Assembly: GCA_002502135.1 (NCBI GenBank)
Contig: DAPM01000017.1
Coordinates: 5,548-69,547 of the forward strand
DNA from: an archaeon UBA543
GTDB taxonomy: Archaea > Undinarchaeota > Undinarchaeia > Undinarchaeales > UBA543
Length of the DNA: 64,000 nt
Reading direction: 5' to 3'
Shown here: piece by piece, positions 18,698 to 27,510 of the stretch
How the letters are laid out: each line of letters opens with the position of its first letter
Numbering within the stretch: position 1 is the first letter of the stretch
Program-made: the position numbers and the translations under genes
Notes under the pieces: model-generated
What the model was told of the DNA's origin: nothing
The model's database searches: none
The model's input: only the letters and a program-made list of their open reading frames with translations

Positions 18698-19652
18698 AAC
18701 AAGATCAATTGTTTCAAAAGCACTCCCTATCTTTGGAGTCCTTTTGTTCGCATATATTCTTTACAGGGTTGGGCTTGGAAATATCTGGGGCAATATACGA
18801 GTTCTCAATCTAAAGTACTTTTCAATAGCAGTCGCACTGTTAATTCCTACAATTCTCATCAAAGCGTTCAAATGGAACCGAGTCCTGGCTGCCATGGGAT
18901 TCAAATATCCTCTTGGTGAGAGTTCAAAGTCTCTTACAATCTCTTATTTTATTGGCTCGTTAACCCCAGCCCGCCTTGGAGACTTTACAAGAGCACTTTA
19001 TTTGAAAAAATACAAGGTTTCACTTTCAAAAGCATTCTCCTCTGTTCTAATTGACAGATTATTTGATGTCGGAATCCTTGTCCTAATGGCTGTGTTCAGT
19101 GTAATAACACTTGTTCAGAGATTTTCTCTTGCGTTTTCAAGCATTTTACTCGTGCTCTTCATAGCGGTTTCATTTGGAGCTATTCTTCTACTTGTGCTCA
19201 GAAAAAAATTAATGCGAAAACTTCTCAAGCCATTCTTCTATATGTTGATTCCTGAGAAATTCCAGAAACAGCTCATAAATATCTTCGATGACTTTTATAC
19301 TAGCATTGCCGAATTCAGTCAGAATTTGTCAGTGATGTTCTCACTCTCGTTTTTGACATTAATTTCCTGGATAATCTCATTTATTTCAACATATTTTATT
19401 GCACTTTCACTTGGAATTGAAATCAAATTCTTTATACTTCTATTAATGCTCCCATTCTCAACACTAGTTGAAATGCTTCCAATCTCATTCTCAGGAGTCG
19501 GAACCAGAGATGCAGTATTTATCTTAATGTTCTCCCTCCTAGCAATACCAGCTGCAAAAGCAGTTTCATTCTCACTCATGATACTGATTTTCAATTATAT
19601 CCTATGTCTGGTCGGAGCCCTGCTCTGGGTCAAAAAACCATTCAAGGTCTAA
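18690..19652 (+). CDS. lysylphosphatidylglycerol-synthase-TM (UPF0104) flippase-like membrane protein
   Basis: KAFKW, TPARLGDFTR, DRLFD and LPISFSGVGTRD. Confidence 0.88.
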   Translation: MTKTRSIVSKALPIFGVLLFAYILYRVGLGNIWGNIRVLNLKYFSIAVALLIPTILIKAFKWNRVLAAMGFKYPLGESSKSLTISYFIGSLTPARLGDFTRALYLKKYKVSLSKAFSSVLIDRLFDVGILVLMAVFSVITLVQRFSLAFSSILLVLFIAVSFGAILLLVLRKKLMRKLLKPFFYMLIPEKFQKQLINIFDDFYTSIAEFSQNLSVMFSLSFLTLISWIISFISTYFIALSLGIEIKFFILLLMLPFSTLVEMLPISFSGVGTRDAVFILMFSLLAIPAAKAVSFSLMILIFNYILCLVGALLWVKKPFKV

Positions 19653-19697
19653 ATTTCCATAAGTTATAAAAACCCAACAAATGAGTTCTAGAATACA

Positions 19698-22013
19698 ATG
19701 CAGATTGTAGTACTAGCTGGCGGATTGGCAACACGTATGAGACCGGTTACAGAGACCATTCCAAAAGCAATGATTCAGGTCAATGGCAAGCCTTTTCTGG
19801 AGCACCAGATTAAACTATTCCGAAGGAACGGAGTTACTGATATTATCTTGTGTGTTGGATACAGGGCTCAGCAGATAAAGGATTATTTCGGGGACGGCTC
19901 TAAATTCGATGTCAGAATCCGCTACAGTGACGAAGGAGACAACCTAAAAGGCACAGCAGGCGCTCTAAAGCAAGCAGAAGCGCTTCTGGATGACGAATTC
20001 CTTGTGATTTATGGAGATTCTTTTCTCACAACCAATTTTCAGGATGTAATTGATCATTTTAACAAGAATGACAAGTCAGCTCTTTGCACTGTTTACAAAA
20101 ACGATTTAGAATATCACAAAAACAATATGCAGGTTGCAGACGGGATGATTGTAAAGTACGACAAAACTGCTCAGACACCTGAAATGAAGCATGTTGACTA
20201 CGGACTTTCTATTCTCAGAAAATCAATATTGGATTCAATTCATCCTGATCGTGTAATCCAACTTGACGAAATATTCCAAACTCTAATCGCTAACAAGGGG
20301 TTACTTGCTTACGAAGTTTCTGACAGGTTTTATGAAATTGGTGAACCTGAAGGACTTAAACAGTTTGAGGATTATTTGAAGAGTAAAGACGAAACTACAA
20401 AAGCTTCAGGATGTGCTGGGTGTCCAAAATCAAGAATGTGCGGTACTGGGGTTCAGACTTCTTTTGAGCACAAGCGAGTTGAAACAATTGTTGGGCTTCC
20501 TGATAGTGTTGGAAAAGGGAAAAGTATCAAGAAGGTTCTGTTAATCTTTCCACACAGGATAAGTTTTTCCGGATACAAAGAGGATTTATCTCCTCCAATG
20601 GGCATGGCTTGTCTTGGTGCAGTTCTGGAAAACGCAGGATATGAAGTTAAAATTATTGATGCTGCAGCAGAGGATTTCAACCATTCTGAAAAAATTAATG
20701 ACAACATGGTACGGCTCGGAATAAGTATGGAAGACTTGAAACAGAGAATTACAGACTATCATCCTGATTTTGTTGGGGTGTCTTGTCTTTTCACAGCTCA
20801 GATCAAGACTGTTCTTGAAATCTGCAAGTCAATTAAGGAAGTTGATCCAAGTGTTCCTGTTGCAGTTGGTGGTTCTCATCCATCCGCTTTGCCTGAGCAG
20901 TCACTCAAATCACAATTCTTGGATTATGTAATCATTGGAGAAGGTGAATACACTTGCCGAGAGCTTCTCAACAAGCTGAAAACCAATGAGTCAGTTTCTG
21001 ATATTGACGGTTTTGCCTGGAAAGAAGACGGCAAGATTCACGTAAATCCTAAAACAAAATTTATAGAAGACATTAATGAGCTTCCTGAGCCAGCAAGGCA
21101 CTTACTGCCTATGAAAACATATTTTGACATTAATCTACCTCAGTGCGGAACCTCTCTCAAGAGACCGAACACTACAATTGCAACTTCAAGGGGGTGCACA
21201 GGCAACTGTGTGTTCTGTGCAACTACAAAACTCTGGGGAAGACGGTTCAGGCCGTTTGCAGTTGAGCGAGTTCTGGATGAAATGGAGACACTAATCAAGG
21301 ATTACGGAATTAAGGAGTTCCAATTTATTGACGACAACCTCACACTCAACAAAGAACGTGCAATGAAGATTTTCCAGGGAATGATTGACCGAAAATTCAA
21401 TATTGTCTGGAATACTCCGCAAGGTATAGCAATCTGGGCACTGGATAATGAGCTTCTGGACAAAATGAAAGAATCTGGGTGCTACGAAATCACAATTGCT
21501 GTTGAGAGCGGAGACCAGGATGTTCTTACTAACATAATCCACAAGCCAACAAACCTTTCAAAAGTTGAGGGAATTGTAAAACATGCAAAGAAACTCGGCT
21601 TGATTGTGAAAGGATACTTTGTTGTAGGATTCCCGGGTGAAAAGAAATGGCAGATGCAGAAAACTTTTGATATTGCAAAAGACTTGAAGTTTGATGCAGC
21701 TGGAATTTTCATTGCAACACCACTTCCAGGCACACAATTATACAAACAATGCAAGGAAAAAGGGTATCTTCGCCCTGGTTTTGATTTTGAACGTGTGAAT
21801 TATGGAGTTGGAAATATTATTACTCCAGATTTCAAGCCTGAAGAAATCGAGCAGATGGTTTCAGAAAATATTATCAAAATCAACATGGCTCTCTTGTACA
21901 GAAATCCTTGGAAGTTTGCAAAGAAGTATTTCCAGCTTGTTAAGCGAAATCCAAGAGTTATGTTTGATTATATGGGCTTCTTATGGAAGAAAGCAAGGAG
22001 GAAGAAATCATAA
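19698..22013 (+). CDS. fusion: HddC-like sugar-1-phosphate nucleotidyltransferase + Cys-rich linker + cobalamin-binding radical SAM domain
   Basis: aa 1-~228: LAGGLATRM, PKAM, GTAGAL, YGDS, FYEIG. aa 239-248: CAGCPKSRMC. B12 domain: PPMGMACL, VGVSCLF, GGSHPS, GEGE. Radical SAM: TSRGCTGNCVFC, FIDDNLT, VESG, VVGFPGE, TPLPGT. Confidence 0.9.
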   Translation: MQIVVLAGGLATRMRPVTETIPKAMIQVNGKPFLEHQIKLFRRNGVTDIILCVGYRAQQIKDYFGDGSKFDVRIRYSDEGDNLKGTAGALKQAEALLDDEFLVIYGDSFLTTNFQDVIDHFNKNDKSALCTVYKNDLEYHKNNMQVADGMIVKYDKTAQTPEMKHVDYGLSILRKSILDSIHPDRVIQLDEIFQTLIANKGLLAYEVSDRFYEIGEPEGLKQFEDYLKSKDETTKASGCAGCPKSRMCGTGVQTSFEHKRVETIVGLPDSVGKGKSIKKVLLIFPHRISFSGYKEDLSPPMGMACLGAVLENAGYEVKIIDAAAEDFNHSEKINDNMVRLGISMEDLKQRITDYHPDFVGVSCLFTAQIKTVLEICKSIKEVDPSVPVAVGGSHPSALPEQSLKSQFLDYVIIGEGEYTCRELLNKLKTNESVSDIDGFAWKEDGKIHVNPKTKFIEDINELPEPARHLLPMKTYFDINLPQCGTSLKRPNTTIATSRGCTGNCVFCATTKLWGRRFRPFAVERVLDEMETLIKDYGIKEFQFIDDNLTLNKERAMKIFQGMIDRKFNIVWNTPQGIAIWALDNELLDKMKESGCYEITIAVESGDQDVLTNIIHKPTNLSKVEGIVKHAKKLGLIVKGYFVVGFPGEKKWQMQKTFDIAKDLKFDAAGIFIATPLPGTQLYKQCKEKGYLRPGFDFERVNYGVGNIITPDFKPEEIEQMVSENIIKINMALLYRNPWKFAKKYFQLVKRNPRVMFDYMGFLWKKARRKKS

Positions 22014-22046
22014 AGCCTTTAAATTAAAATCATCGATTTAACTACA

Positions 22047-23027
22047 ATGATCATAACACAAACCCCACTCAGAATAACACTCGGCGGAGGAGGCACAGAT
22101 TTAGCTTCCTATTACTCAAAACACACAGGATTCCTGATAAGCGCTGCAATCGACAAGTATGTTTACATTAGTTTGCACAAGACTTTTGACAAGGATATTA
22201 CAGCCCACTATTCAAAACATGAGAAAGTTTCAAATGTTGCAGAATTACAGCACCCCATCATCATGGAAGCACTCAAACTCACAGGAATCGAGAGTGGTAT
22301 AGAGGTTTCCAGCATGGCAGACATCCCAGCAGGAACAGGATTAGGTTCTTCCGGATGTTTCACAGTCGGACTTCTGAATGCACTTCACACTTCTAAAAGA
22401 GAAAAATTATCTTCACACGAGCTAGCAGAAGAGGCTTGCAAAATCGAAATTGATCTTCTAAAAGAGCCAATTGGCAAGCAGGATCAGCACGCTTGTGCTA
22501 CAGGGGGCTTGACTGCATTCACTTTTGAGAAAGACGGCACTGTCAAAGCAGAGCCAATGAAAGTTTCCCAGAAAACAATGAATGCACTGGAAGACAATCT
22601 CTTACTTTTCTTTACAAATTACTCCAGAAGTGCTTCAGGTATTCTGAAAGAGCAGGATGACAAGAGCAAACAGGATGAAGATGAAATGATTCAGAACCTG
22701 CACAAAGTCAAAGAGCTTGGTGTTGAGAGCAAGCTTGCACTTGAATCTGGAAATCCTGACAAGCTTGGAGAATTAATGCACATTCACTGGGAGAACAAGA
22801 AAAAACGCTCAGGTTCAATGAGTAATCCTAAAATTGACAAATGGTACAACATTGCAATGGAGAATGGTGCTCTTGGCGGAAAACTGGTTGGCGCTGGCGG
22901 AGGCGGATTCCTGATGTTCTACGCAAATGACAAAGAGAAGCTTCGGGAAGCAATGCGCAAGGAAGGTTTGAGTGAGGTCAGGTTCAGATTCGACTTTGAT
23001 GGTTCTAAAGTATTGGTGAATGTATGA
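22047..23027 (+). CDS. hddA: D-glycero-alpha-D-manno-heptose-7-phosphate kinase-like GHMP kinase
   Basis: TPLRITLGGGGTD, DIPAGTGLGSS, IGKQDQ and GGKLVGAGGGG. Confidence 0.88.
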   Translation: MIITQTPLRITLGGGGTDLASYYSKHTGFLISAAIDKYVYISLHKTFDKDITAHYSKHEKVSNVAELQHPIIMEALKLTGIESGIEVSSMADIPAGTGLGSSGCFTVGLLNALHTSKREKLSSHELAEEACKIEIDLLKEPIGKQDQHACATGGLTAFTFEKDGTVKAEPMKVSQKTMNALEDNLLLFFTNYSRSASGILKEQDDKSKQDEDEMIQNLHKVKELGVESKLALESGNPDKLGELMHIHWENKKKRSGSMSNPKIDKWYNIAMENGALGGKLVGAGGGGFLMFYANDKEKLREAMRKEGLSEVRFRFDFDGSKVLVNV

Positions 23028-23788
23028 AGAGAGCAGTTGTAACTGGTGGAAGCGGTGGAATTGGAAAAATTATAGCAAAAGCACTGCACGATAACGGTTT
23101 TGAAATCATTCTTGTTGCTAGAAATGAAGAGAATTTGAAAAAAGCTGCACCAGAAATTGGAACTAATGTTAAAACATTCCCTTGCGATGTTACAAGCTAC
23201 ACTCATGTTGAATCTCTTTTCGCAAATTTTGATAAAATTGATGTTCTAGTAAATTCTGCAGGCATTCTTGGGCCAACTGAAACCCTTGCAGATTCTGACA
23301 TTGCTAATTGGAAGCGAGTACTTGAAGTTAATTTAATAGGAACAGTAAATTGCTGCAAAGCTGCTGGCCCCATTCTTGAAAAGTCAGAGCACGGGAAAAT
23401 TGTGAATATTGCAGGCGGTGGTGCTGCATATGCAAGACCACTTCATTCTGCTTATGCAACTTCAAAAGCAGGAGTAGTCAGGTTCACCGAAGAATTATCA
23501 TTGGAACTGAAGAACACAGATGTTAATGTTATTGCTCCTGGAGCGCACAACACAAAACTCTGGGAAGATGAGAAGGTTGATGAACCGCCAGAGCAGTGGG
23601 CAAACCCAGAAGATGTTGCAAAACTTGTGCTCTATCTTGCTTCTGAAAAATCTAATGGAATTACTGGCAAATTCATACACATCAAGGATGATTACGAAAG
23701 TTTCACTCCAGAGCTTTCAAAATCTGACAAATGCGCATTGAGGCGCGTTGACGACATATTGCTGGAGAAATTGAAAAATGAATTATAA
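23024..23788 (+). CDS. classical SDR oxidoreductase
   Basis: TGGSGGIG, NSAG and YATSK. Confidence 0.9.
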   Translation: MKRAVVTGGSGGIGKIIAKALHDNGFEIILVARNEENLKKAAPEIGTNVKTFPCDVTSYTHVESLFANFDKIDVLVNSAGILGPTETLADSDIANWKRVLEVNLIGTVNCCKAAGPILEKSEHGKIVNIAGGGAAYARPLHSAYATSKAGVVRFTEELSLELKNTDVNVIAPGAHNTKLWEDEKVDEPPEQWANPEDVAKLVLYLASEKSNGITGKFIHIKDDYESFTPELSKSDKCALRRVDDILLEKLKNEL

Positions 23789-23816
23789 AGTTGAGGAGGT
23801 TGGAAAATACTAATAT

Positions 23817-23889
23817 CGGGGCACTGTGGAACCGCGGGGCCGGAGCGCCGAACGGCGCCCCTGCGCACCCGCGCCCCGGATCCACTGGA
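23817..23889. repeat. GC-rich octamer-built palindromic intergenic element (copy A)
   Basis: CGGGGCAC TGTGGAAC CGCGGGGC CGGAGCGC...GCCCCTGC GCACCCGC GCCCCGGA; 23852-23879 is identical to the reverse complement of 60498-60525. Confidence 0.85.
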
Positions 23890-23894
23890 CAAAA

Positions 23895-24860
23895 ATGAAA
23901 ACAGGAATTATTGGTTGCGGTCTAATCGGCTGGCGCAGAGCTAGTTTTCTAGGCGAGGATGAGCTTGTAATGTGCGCAGATGTCGATGAGGAGCGCGCCA
24001 AAAAGCTTGCAGAGGAATTTGATTGCGAATATTCTACTGATTCTACAAAAGTAACAAGTGATCCTCGAATTGAAGCTGTAATTATTTCGACTACAAACCA
24101 ATTCTTAGCAGAAATCGCTACCGATGCTGTCCGAAATAACAAACACTGCTTAATTGAAAAACCAGGAGCAAGAACTCTTGTTGAATATGAGCAGTTGATG
24201 AATGTTGCTAAAGAGCAAGGCGTTAAAGTGAAAATCGGTTACAATCACAGATTCCACCCATCCTTCTTGAAAGCTAGGGAGATTGTTGATTCTGGAGAAA
24301 TTGGTGAAGTAATGTATGTCAGGGGAAGGTATGGTCACGGCGGACGGCTTGGGTACGATAAAGAGTGGCGTGCAGATCCGCAAAAGTCTGGTGGTGGTGA
24401 GATGCTAGATCAGGGAACTCACTTAATTGACTTGGCTCGATGGTTCTGTGGCGAATTCACAGATGTTAAAGGCCATGTTGGCACTTTCTTCTGGGACATG
24501 CCAGTTGAGGATAATGGTTTTGCGCTCCTAAAAACAGATTCAGGCAAAGTTGCATGGCTGACTGCAAGCTGTACTCAGTGGAAGAATTTGTTCTGCTTTG
24601 AGATTCACTGCAAAACTGGATTGCTTGTAATTGACGGTCTTGGCAAGAGTTATGGCAAAGAAACACTCACTTTCCACAAAATGAAGCCTGAAATGGGTAT
24701 TCCTGATACTGAAACCTTCACTTGGGATGAAGATGATTCCTGGAAAAAGGAGTGGGTTGAGTTTAGAAGTGCGATTTCAGAGAATCGGGAGCCAATGAGC
24801 TCAATCTCAGATGCTTATGGAAACTTTAAGGTTGTTTCTGACCTCTACAAAACCCACTGA
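23895..24860 (+). CDS. Gfo/Idh/MocA family oxidoreductase
   Basis: IIGCGLIG, IEKP, GYNHRF and GGGEMLDQGTHLID; start reset to MKTG after the repeat element. Confidence 0.92.
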   Translation: MKTGIIGCGLIGWRRASFLGEDELVMCADVDEERAKKLAEEFDCEYSTDSTKVTSDPRIEAVIISTTNQFLAEIATDAVRNNKHCLIEKPGARTLVEYEQLMNVAKEQGVKVKIGYNHRFHPSFLKAREIVDSGEIGEVMYVRGRYGHGGRLGYDKEWRADPQKSGGGEMLDQGTHLIDLARWFCGEFTDVKGHVGTFFWDMPVEDNGFALLKTDSGKVAWLTASCTQWKNLFCFEIHCKTGLLVIDGLGKSYGKETLTFHKMKPEMGIPDTETFTWDEDDSWKKEWVEFRSAISENREPMSSISDAYGNFKVVSDLYKTH

Positions 24861-24913
24861 TTTTAACATACATAACCCTTAAAACCTCTTTTCCCGACCA
24901 TTTTTTGATAATA

Positions 24914-25516
24914 ATGGATAATGTAGAGTATATCAACAAATACTTTTCCGAAATGAAAGATGTTATTGGAAACATCTCTGCGGAAGACACAGCTGGGGTA
25001 GTTAATGCGCTATTCACAGCCTGGAAAAACGGAAACCAAGTATTCCTAATTGGAAACGGTGGTTCTGCAAGCACAGCCACTCACATGGCATGCGACCTAA
25101 ACAAGTGCACAATTGTTGAGGGAAAACCTCGAATGAAAGCTCTTGCACTGGTTGACAATATTCCAGTAGTCAGCGCACTTACAAATGACGACGGCTGGGG
25201 TGAAATTTATGTTGAACAGCTTAAGAATTTCTTTAAAACAGGTGATGTTGTTATTGCTTTTAGTGTTCACGGCGGATCTGGAAGCGACAAGGCAGGTGCC
25301 TGGTCACAGAACCTTTTGAAAGGACTGCAGTATGCAAAAGATAATGGCGGAGTTGCAATTGGAATCTCCGGGTTTGACGGCGGAGCAATGAAGCAAATGG
25401 CAGACCACTGCATTGTAGTGCCTGTGGAATCAACACCACACACCGAATCACTGCATTTAGCAATCGAGCATCTCATTACAAACTGCTTGAAGGAGAAAAT
25501 AATCAACCAAGCATGA
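24914..25516 (+). CDS. SIS-domain phosphoheptose-isomerase-like protein, divergent GmhA
   Basis: GNGGSAS, ND and SGFDGG are present, but it has FSVHGGSG plus an insertion instead of ISTSGxS, and ESLH instead of QExH. Confidence 0.85.
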   Translation: MDNVEYINKYFSEMKDVIGNISAEDTAGVVNALFTAWKNGNQVFLIGNGGSASTATHMACDLNKCTIVEGKPRMKALALVDNIPVVSALTNDDGWGEIYVEQLKNFFKTGDVVIAFSVHGGSGSDKAGAWSQNLLKGLQYAKDNGGVAIGISGFDGGAMKQMADHCIVVPVESTPHTESLHLAIEHLITNCLKEKIINQA

Positions 25517-26118
25517 AAAGAGCAGTTTTCCTTGACAGAGATGACACAATAAATAAGTCAATTTACATTTCAGATGAGAACAGGATTGAGAGTCCTCTAA
25601 AACCAGAGGAATTCGAACTGTTTTCAACAGCAGGAGACGCAATCAAAATCTTCAATGAACTTGGATTCCTGGTAATTGTGGTCACAAATCAGCCCGCAAT
25701 TGCAAAAGCAAAAACAACAGTTGAACTAGTTGATCAAATTCACGAAAAAATGAAAGCAGATCTTGAAGCTCAAGGCACTCAGGTGGATGAGGTTTACTAT
25801 TGCCCTCACTCAGAACCTGGAAAAGGAAAAATCCCTGAGTTTACAAAAATCTGTGACTGCAGAAAGCCTGGACAAGGTATGTTTTTGCAGGCAAAAGAGA
25901 GATTCGATATTGACATGGAAAATTCATATATGATAGGTGATAGCTGGCGAGATATTAAAGTTGGAAATTCGCTAGGCTGCACTACATTTAAAGTCGATCA
26001 TTCAATGATCGAAACTCATAGTGATTTAATCACAGAACAGCTAAATAATCCAGATCACAAGGTTAAGGATTTATATGAGGCTGCATTACTAATCAAAAAC
26101 TTAGAGGAGAAAAAATAA
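25513..26118 (+). CDS. gmhB: heptose-1,7-bisphosphate phosphatase (HAD IIIA)
   Basis: FLDRDDTIN, VTNQ, YCPH...CDCRKP and MIGDSWRD. Confidence 0.88.
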   Translation: MKRAVFLDRDDTINKSIYISDENRIESPLKPEEFELFSTAGDAIKIFNELGFLVIVVTNQPAIAKAKTTVELVDQIHEKMKADLEAQGTQVDEVYYCPHSEPGKGKIPEFTKICDCRKPGQGMFLQAKERFDIDMENSYMIGDSWRDIKVGNSLGCTTFKVDHSMIETHSDLITEQLNNPDHKVKDLYEAALLIKNLEEKK

Positions 26119-26119
26119 A

Positions 26120-26773
26120 ATGGACATTTATATAGACACTGCAAATCTTGAAGAAATAAAAAACGCTGTTGATATGGGCATCATAGATGGGTGCACAACC
26201 AATCCAGCAATTGTTGCCAAAGAGGGATGTGAATTTGAAAGCAGGATGAAGGAAATCCTTGCACTTGTCAAAGGCCCTGTCAGCATTGAAGTTACTACAA
26301 TTGATGTTGACACAATGGTTGAAGAAGCTGTAAAGTATTCAAAATGGGGCGACAATGTTGTTGTCAAAATCCCTATGGATGCAAACGGGCTTCGCGCAAC
26401 AAAAATCCTAACGGAAAAAGGCATCAAAACTAATGTGACCTGTTGCATGAGCTCAACTCAGGCAGTTCTGGCTGCAAAAGCAGGAGCAACATACGTTTCT
26501 CTGTTCTACGGCAGAATCGCTGACATGGGTTATGATGCAATGTACGAACTTGCAGATGCTGTAAATATTTTTGAACATTCTGGATTTGAATCCAAGATTA
26601 TTGCAGGAAGCCTAAGATCTGTTGCTGATGTTATGACAGCAATCCGCGCAGGAGTGCACATAGTTACTGTTCCGCCTGCATCTCTTAACAAAATGTACGT
26701 TCACCCAAGAACAAAAGAAACTATCCAGGAATTCCTGGACTTCTGGGCTGACTACAAGAAAAAACATAAGTGA
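26120..26773 (+). CDS. small transaldolase / fructose-6-phosphate aldolase family protein
   Basis: YIDTAN, TTNP, SIEV, VVKIP and YVSLFYGR. Confidence 0.9.
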   Translation: MDIYIDTANLEEIKNAVDMGIIDGCTTNPAIVAKEGCEFESRMKEILALVKGPVSIEVTTIDVDTMVEEAVKYSKWGDNVVVKIPMDANGLRATKILTEKGIKTNVTCCMSSTQAVLAAKAGATYVSLFYGRIADMGYDAMYELADAVNIFEHSGFESKIIAGSLRSVADVMTAIRAGVHIVTVPPASLNKMYVHPRTKETIQEFLDFWADYKKKHK

Positions 26774-26775
26774 GA

Positions 26776-27510
26776 ATGGACGGAGACCACGACATAACAC
26801 TGTTTTTCCCTGTTTATAATGAAGAGGGGAACATACGTTCAGTTATCACTACTGCAAGCAATGTTCTGAAAAAGATTTCACGGAATTATGAAGTTCTGCT
26901 TGTGCTTTATGCTGGTTCTACTGATAAAAGTGAGGAAATCATCCGAGAAATGGCTAAAGAGGATCCGCACATCAGGCTGGTAATTCAGCCTACAAGCGAT
27001 CCTGGAGTCGGCAGAGCTTACAGAATTGGTTTTGAGCAGGCAAAGTATCCGATTATTGCTTATTCTGATTCTGACAACCAGTTCAACTTAAATGAGCTTG
27101 TGAAATTCCTCCCATACCTTGATGAGTATGACATTATTGCAGGTTACAAATTGAAACGACAGGATCCACTTCCAAGAATAATCACTTCTTGGGGCTACAA
27201 CACACTAGTGAGAACTCTTTTCAGGATAAACACAATGGATGTTAATACTGCTTTCAGGGTTGTGAAGAAACCAGTTCTGGATAAAGTCAAATTAACTTCA
27301 AGACTTGGAACAGTCACAACCGAACTTCTTGTAAAAGCAAAAAAGAACGGGTTCAGCATAAAACAGATAGGCGTAACCCACTTTCCAAGAACAGAAGGCA
27401 AGCCTTTATACGAAGTTACAAGCGGAATGCTGTCACCAAAAACAATAATCAATGTTTCAAAGGAAATTGTAAGGCTTTGGTGGAGTGTTAATGTGAGGAA
27501 ACAATACTAA
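26776..27510 (+). CDS. GT2 polyprenol-phosphate glycosyltransferase (DPM-synthase-like)
   Basis: PVYNEE, DSDNQF, RQD and HFPR. Confidence 0.88.
   Translation: MDGDHDITLFFPVYNEEGNIRSVITTASNVLKKISRNYEVLLVLYAGSTDKSEEIIREMAKEDPHIRLVIQPTSDPGVGRAYRIGFEQAKYPIIAYSDSDNQFNLNELVKFLPYLDEYDIIAGYKLKRQDPLPRIITSWGYNTLVRTLFRINTMDVNTAFRVVKKPVLDKVKLTSRLGTVTTELLVKAKKNGFSIKQIGVTHFPRTEGKPLYEVTSGMLSPKTIINVSKEIVRLWWSVNVRKQY

Noticed and set aside
23800-23898. Peptides read through the GC element (RRPCAPAPR frames; a 32-codon TTG ORF ending in an ATGA overlap)
   Set aside because: Copy B has no equivalent ORF, and the GAGGAGG at 23793 is not properly spaced from a start. The shared peptide is a by-product of the DNA repeat. 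A leader peptide cannot be fully excluded.
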